53,746 nucleotides of DNA from assembly GCA_032718475.1 (NCBI GenBank), contig JAUCBJ010007871.1:1-53746 (forward strand), in the 5' to 3' direction. Below, piece by piece: positions 49,805 through 53,746 of the stretch. The notes below the pieces were generated by a model. That model ran no database searches. It worked only from the letters and a program-made list of their open reading frames with translations, and had not been told where the DNA came from. The first letter of the stretch is position 1, and each line of letters opens with the position of its first letter. This DNA is from Nemertoderma westbladi (taxonomy: Eukaryota > Animalia > Xenacoelomorpha). The translations under genes and the position numbers were made by a program.

Positions 49805-50222
49805 GGTATTGCGTGGGGTGGGGCATGGGTCTCCAGTTAGGCTAGCCCGAACTAACAGTTGTTTAAGTTTGGGGCCCGGTTTACTGACTAGCCGTATGTT
49901 GGTGTGTAAGGGGGAAGCGTTAACGATTTGCTGGGCGTGTCTATGCAGGTGTTGGTTAACGAACGGTTTAACTAGAGGAACAGGGGCTCCGGTGGGGGCA
50001 GCATTACTATTGTTGTTATGTTGGGTGGGCGTGTTATGTGTGGTTCATAAAGTACTACACAGTGTAACCACACATAACACGCCCACGCAACATAACAACA
50101 ATAGTAATGCAGCCCCCACCGGAGCCCCTGTTCTTCTAGTTATACCGTTCGTTAAGCAAACACCTGAATAATAGTGGTGCTGTTGGTGCCGGCAGTTCTT
50201 TAGTTGTAGCATTGCCGTGTTA

Positions 50223-50279
50223 GCCTCTGATGAAGGCCTGAAGTATAATATTGTATTATACGTGGTTGAAATATTTGGC
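50223..50279 (+). ncRNA. Minimal type I hammerhead ribozyme motif, core intact
   Basis: CTGATGA (50227-50233), extended stem II, GAAA (50268-50271), palindromic ATAT stem III, AUU triplet, stem I GCC/GGC. Confidence 0.75.
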
Positions 50280-51489
50280 GATTAAACTCTTTTTGGTTAC
50301 CTGAAAAAGATATTTTCTACATACTACCCTTGGCGTTATGTTTCCACTGGTAATCAGGGCAAGATCATTCCTTATTAATTGCCCACTCTGTCCCTTCCTT
50401 CCCATTTATACAAAGACTGAATTACCACCCCCCCCCCCCCCATATTATTTGCTCGCCCCCTTTCAAGCCTTCCAAACTGCTCAACCATGGTTGGTCCCCA
50501 TGCAGCTCAACCCAGTGCCACCTCTATCACCATTCCCAACTCGTCCCCTGCTCATGTCTTTGTTCAGCGCAACTTTCATGGATGTTCCGTCGTACCCACT
50601 ACAATTGCGCCACACCATCCACCAATTCAAACCCTTCATTGCCCCAAAATTCGCTCTGGAGCATGTGGTCCCATTCCTACTCCAAGTTCCCACATCAATG
50701 CTCAATGCTGTACAATTCAATCCCAATGGTATCCTCTCCCACAGGGAACACATGGCATTCCACGACATCCATAAACGATTTTCTTAATTCTGATAGGACT
50801 GACCATTGTATATATTTGTATCTCATTTATCGAGATCTCATGCCCGGTTTGTCAATAAAATACTACTACTACAGGGGGCTACTGTACTAGAACCAAATAT
50901 GGTGTAGGATATTGTACATATTAACTATGAAACGAAATAAACTCTTATTTATTACCGTAGTATATAAAATCGCACGTCAGTTTAGCAAATGGAATTCATG
51001 ATAAAAACTATTAAAACTAAATTATAATTGATATACAAAATATCAACAGACAGACAAACATTCCGACAGATGGACAGAACAAAAACTTTTAGGAGTTTAG
51101 TCCCCGAATAGCCCGATGGTAGATGTAACAGCAGTTCACATGACTGATGAATCTAATTTAAAAACAAATTATAATTATTACTTTGTCAAACATAACTTTC
51201 TTTCTTGAACTGTTATTTTGTAGGGATATTTTGTTCAAGTAACTATTATTTCGTCCAAGGACTGTTATAACTCGGATAACGCGGGTCGATCAACATTTTT
51301 AATGAAACTCCTGTCTAAATTGAATAACTTGATTATATTTTAAATTGCACAGATATTTACTTATAAATATTGCCAGCAACCGAACCCACCAAGATTGCAT
51401 GTTTCTTCAATCGTTATTATTTACTCTACTCTATAGCACAATGAACACATCACCAACCAGACACTACAGTATATAACATTGGAGGTGTC

Positions 51490-51640
51490 TCATTGGTTCC
51501 ACCAAGCTTGACAATTGAACAAAGCCGCCTCCGCTTTGCAGGACATTGCTTTCGCCTTGAGGGCCAGCCAGTGAATGATCTTGTAATTTGGCGGCCTCAT
51601 GAAATGAATAACTGAATAAGCATGGTGGACAGCCCATGAC
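51490..51640 (+). mobile_element. RTE-clade LINE C-terminal fragment
   Basis: Translates to IEQSRLRFAGHCFRLEGQPVNDLVIWRPH, matching the RTE RLRFAGH...P...L..W.P motif. Confidence 0.65.
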
Positions 51641-52897
51641 TTTCTTTCTCTTTGTTTTACAATATAATTATTACAATAGCATAAAGCTAACCAAAGGTCT
51701 ACTTCCAGTGTAGGAAACAGGCTGGCTACCATTGAAATGAATTGGCAAAGGAATTTTGTATTTCATCCTTAGGTCTGTCGTCTTCGCTCAGCTAAGCTTA
51801 AACGGAGCCATACAATAGACCTTTACCTAAATACACTTCCAACAAGCTGGGTTAGGGGCTAGGGAACATGGGTTAGCTCCAAAATGCCCATGTAGGATTT
51901 CTTCGAAAAAGGCCCATTTTTTGAGTTACGAGTTACAGTAAAATACTGATAATTATATTTTGCTTTGCACAGGGGAGACAGTACCCTCTTCTACAGTTAA
52001 TATAGTGTACATGTGTTAATTATTAGCTTTGGGTTTATTTCTATGCATTTGGTTTATCTACAAGTTCGGATATGTTCTGTTATAATTTGGTTTTTGTTTC
52101 GTCAATTGATTGTGCGGTTAATTCGTCAATCGCGGCCTTAATTGCTTACATTGCCTATCTATCTATGAATATAATTCGTTATTAAGACATTATTTTAATT
52201 AGTATCTGGCGTGATTAGGTCTACCTTTTTCATCACAACAGTACTGCAAAGGATATACATTACATTATATTATGGTTGTCACGTAAAACCATGCAAGCAC
52301 ACTTGCGTCCAGTTTTAAAAAATGAAAACATGTGATTCACATTCCCAATTATCTATTAATCCCCCCCCCCCCCCCCCCCCCCCCCCCCCATGCACACTCA
52401 CCATATAGTCCCACGTATAAATCACACATGACCTACATAGCCATCGCACCCCTCCTGGAGCCACAATGCATATAATTAACTCCATCAACGCAAATACACA
52501 GATGAAAAATTTGAAAATGTTTTCACAATTCTCAAGGCGTTTTATTTACCGAGCGCAGGCGAGGTTAATAAAGGGTCGAGAAAATATTGAAAAAAAAAAT
52601 ATTCTACGATTTTTTCCCATGTAATTTTATTCTTATAAAATGAACGTTTTTGTTGCTTACAGTAATTCTATAACAAAAGATAGAGCGATATAGTGTTACA
52701 AAATAAATTGAACTGTAGTATTTTTCTATATTGCTTCCATTGTTACTCCGATTAAAATTATTGCACTCTTCATCTCCTGATGATGCCTTACTCAATTAGT
52801 GTTCTCGAATATTCATTAAATAACTAACTAGGGATATTTTTTAAATTGCTAATCGGGGGGGGGGGGGGGGGGTGGGGGGGAAGGGGCGTTTATTAAA

Positions 52898-53126
52898 GAG
52901 GGACACTTATTCGAGACTGGACGCTTATTCGAGACATGGCGCTTATTCGAGACAGGGCGCTTATTCGAGAGGGTCGCTTATTCGAGACTGGGCGCTTATT
53001 CGAGACAGGACACTTATTCGAGACAGGGCGCTTATTTGAGACTGGGCGCATATTCGAGACTGGGCGCTTATTCGAGACAGGGCGCTTATTCGTGATTGGG
53101 CACTTATTCTAGACAGGATGCTTATT
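52898..53126. repeat. 19-bp minisatellite (GGGCGCTTATTCGAGAC(A/T)G-like), ~12 units
   Basis: Directly visible tandem array. Confidence 0.92.
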
Positions 53127-53218
53127 TATATAATTATATATATATATATATACCGGGGTAAGTTTTGACATTTTGACATTCTGACACTTTGACATTTATT
53201 ACCGTATATAATACCAAC

Positions 53219-53572
53219 ATGAGCGATACACCACGGTTATCAAGACACCCACCTACCGACTATGACTCATATGACGCAGACGGATCGACAGTAGATGAAC
53301 CAAGGAGGACGACTCGCGATTTTACCGATGTCACACCTCGTGCGTCGCTGGTACCGCTAATGGAAATACCGGAAGCCGTAGCGCATGGTGACGGTAGAAC
53401 CGAAGACTTCCTTACCATCCTGCAAACCAGATTGTGGGAACTGGAGATGGTAAGTTCAACTGGAAGCCAGGAGAACATTATTAGGAGCATAGGAGGACAC
53501 ATGGCTCAGATCACTCGAAATATCGGAGAAGGTTTTCGAGCCATGCGCGAGCAAACCACCCTGATGTCGTGA
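53219..53572 (+). CDS. Hypothetical 117-aa ORF, possibly a fragment of a TE gene or an exon
   Basis: GC-richer open frame starting CAACATG in an AT-rich context; no recognisable motif. Confidence 0.3.
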   Translation: MSDTPRLSRHPPTDYDSYDADGSTVDEPRRTTRDFTDVTPRASLVPLMEIPEAVAHGDGRTEDFLTILQTRLWELEMVSSTGSQENIIRSIGGHMAQITRNIGEGFRAMREQTTLMS

Positions 53573-53746
53573 TACGAGTTCTACACCCTACAGGTAAGAG
53601 TAGAAAGTAGGGAACATGCCTCTGTAGATAAACTCCGAAGTTTACACGAAATAGCGGAGTTACTCACAGCTTTACTCAGGTAAAGATAATAGATAAACTG
53701 ATAATAGACACCCAATTCAATTTAATTCAATTTATTTCAATTCAAT

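Larger units (their letters stand above)
47289..50376 (-). mobile_element. 5'-truncated Penelope-like element with inverted pseudo-LTRs
   Basis: GIY-YIG ORF on minus strand; ~165-bp inverted repeats 47289-~47452 and ~50171-50335 carrying hammerhead motifs; probable TSD AATTGC(T/C)CACTCT at 47276-47288 and 50377-50389. Confidence 0.85.

Noticed and set aside
52898-53126. 19-bp array as CRISPR
   Set aside because: Head-to-tail repeats without spacers, in a eukaryotic context.

Overview
AT-rich, repeat-dense eukaryotic (probably invertebrate) genomic DNA. It is dominated by two related BEL/Pao LTR retrotransposons on the minus strand. Copy 1 (1-12252) has an intact 2703-aa gag-pol and its 3' end lies outside the window. 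Copy 2 (23773-39043) has both 1170-bp LTRs, a CCACC target-site duplication, a disrupted gag-pol and a decayed extra ORF in the env position. The only clear host genes are two intronless paralogous SLC18B1-like MFS transporters. The rest is nested mobile DNA: TIR elements (piggyBac-like, CACTA-like, Kolobok-like), a tRNA-derived SINE, CR1/L2- and RTE-type LINE fragments, a solo LTR, minisatellites, and a Penelope-like element with hammerhead motifs interrupted by a CRE-clade RLE retrotransposon. The most striking observation is that neither BEL copy has a tRNA-type primer-binding site. The bases abutting the 5' LTR are instead perfectly complementary (12 nt in copy 1, 19 nt in copy 2) to a conserved motif inside their own LTR. 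This is the geometry of Tf1/sushi-type self-primed reverse transcription, which I do not know to be described for BEL/Pao elements. All coordinates and counts were obtained by eye, with no database searches.
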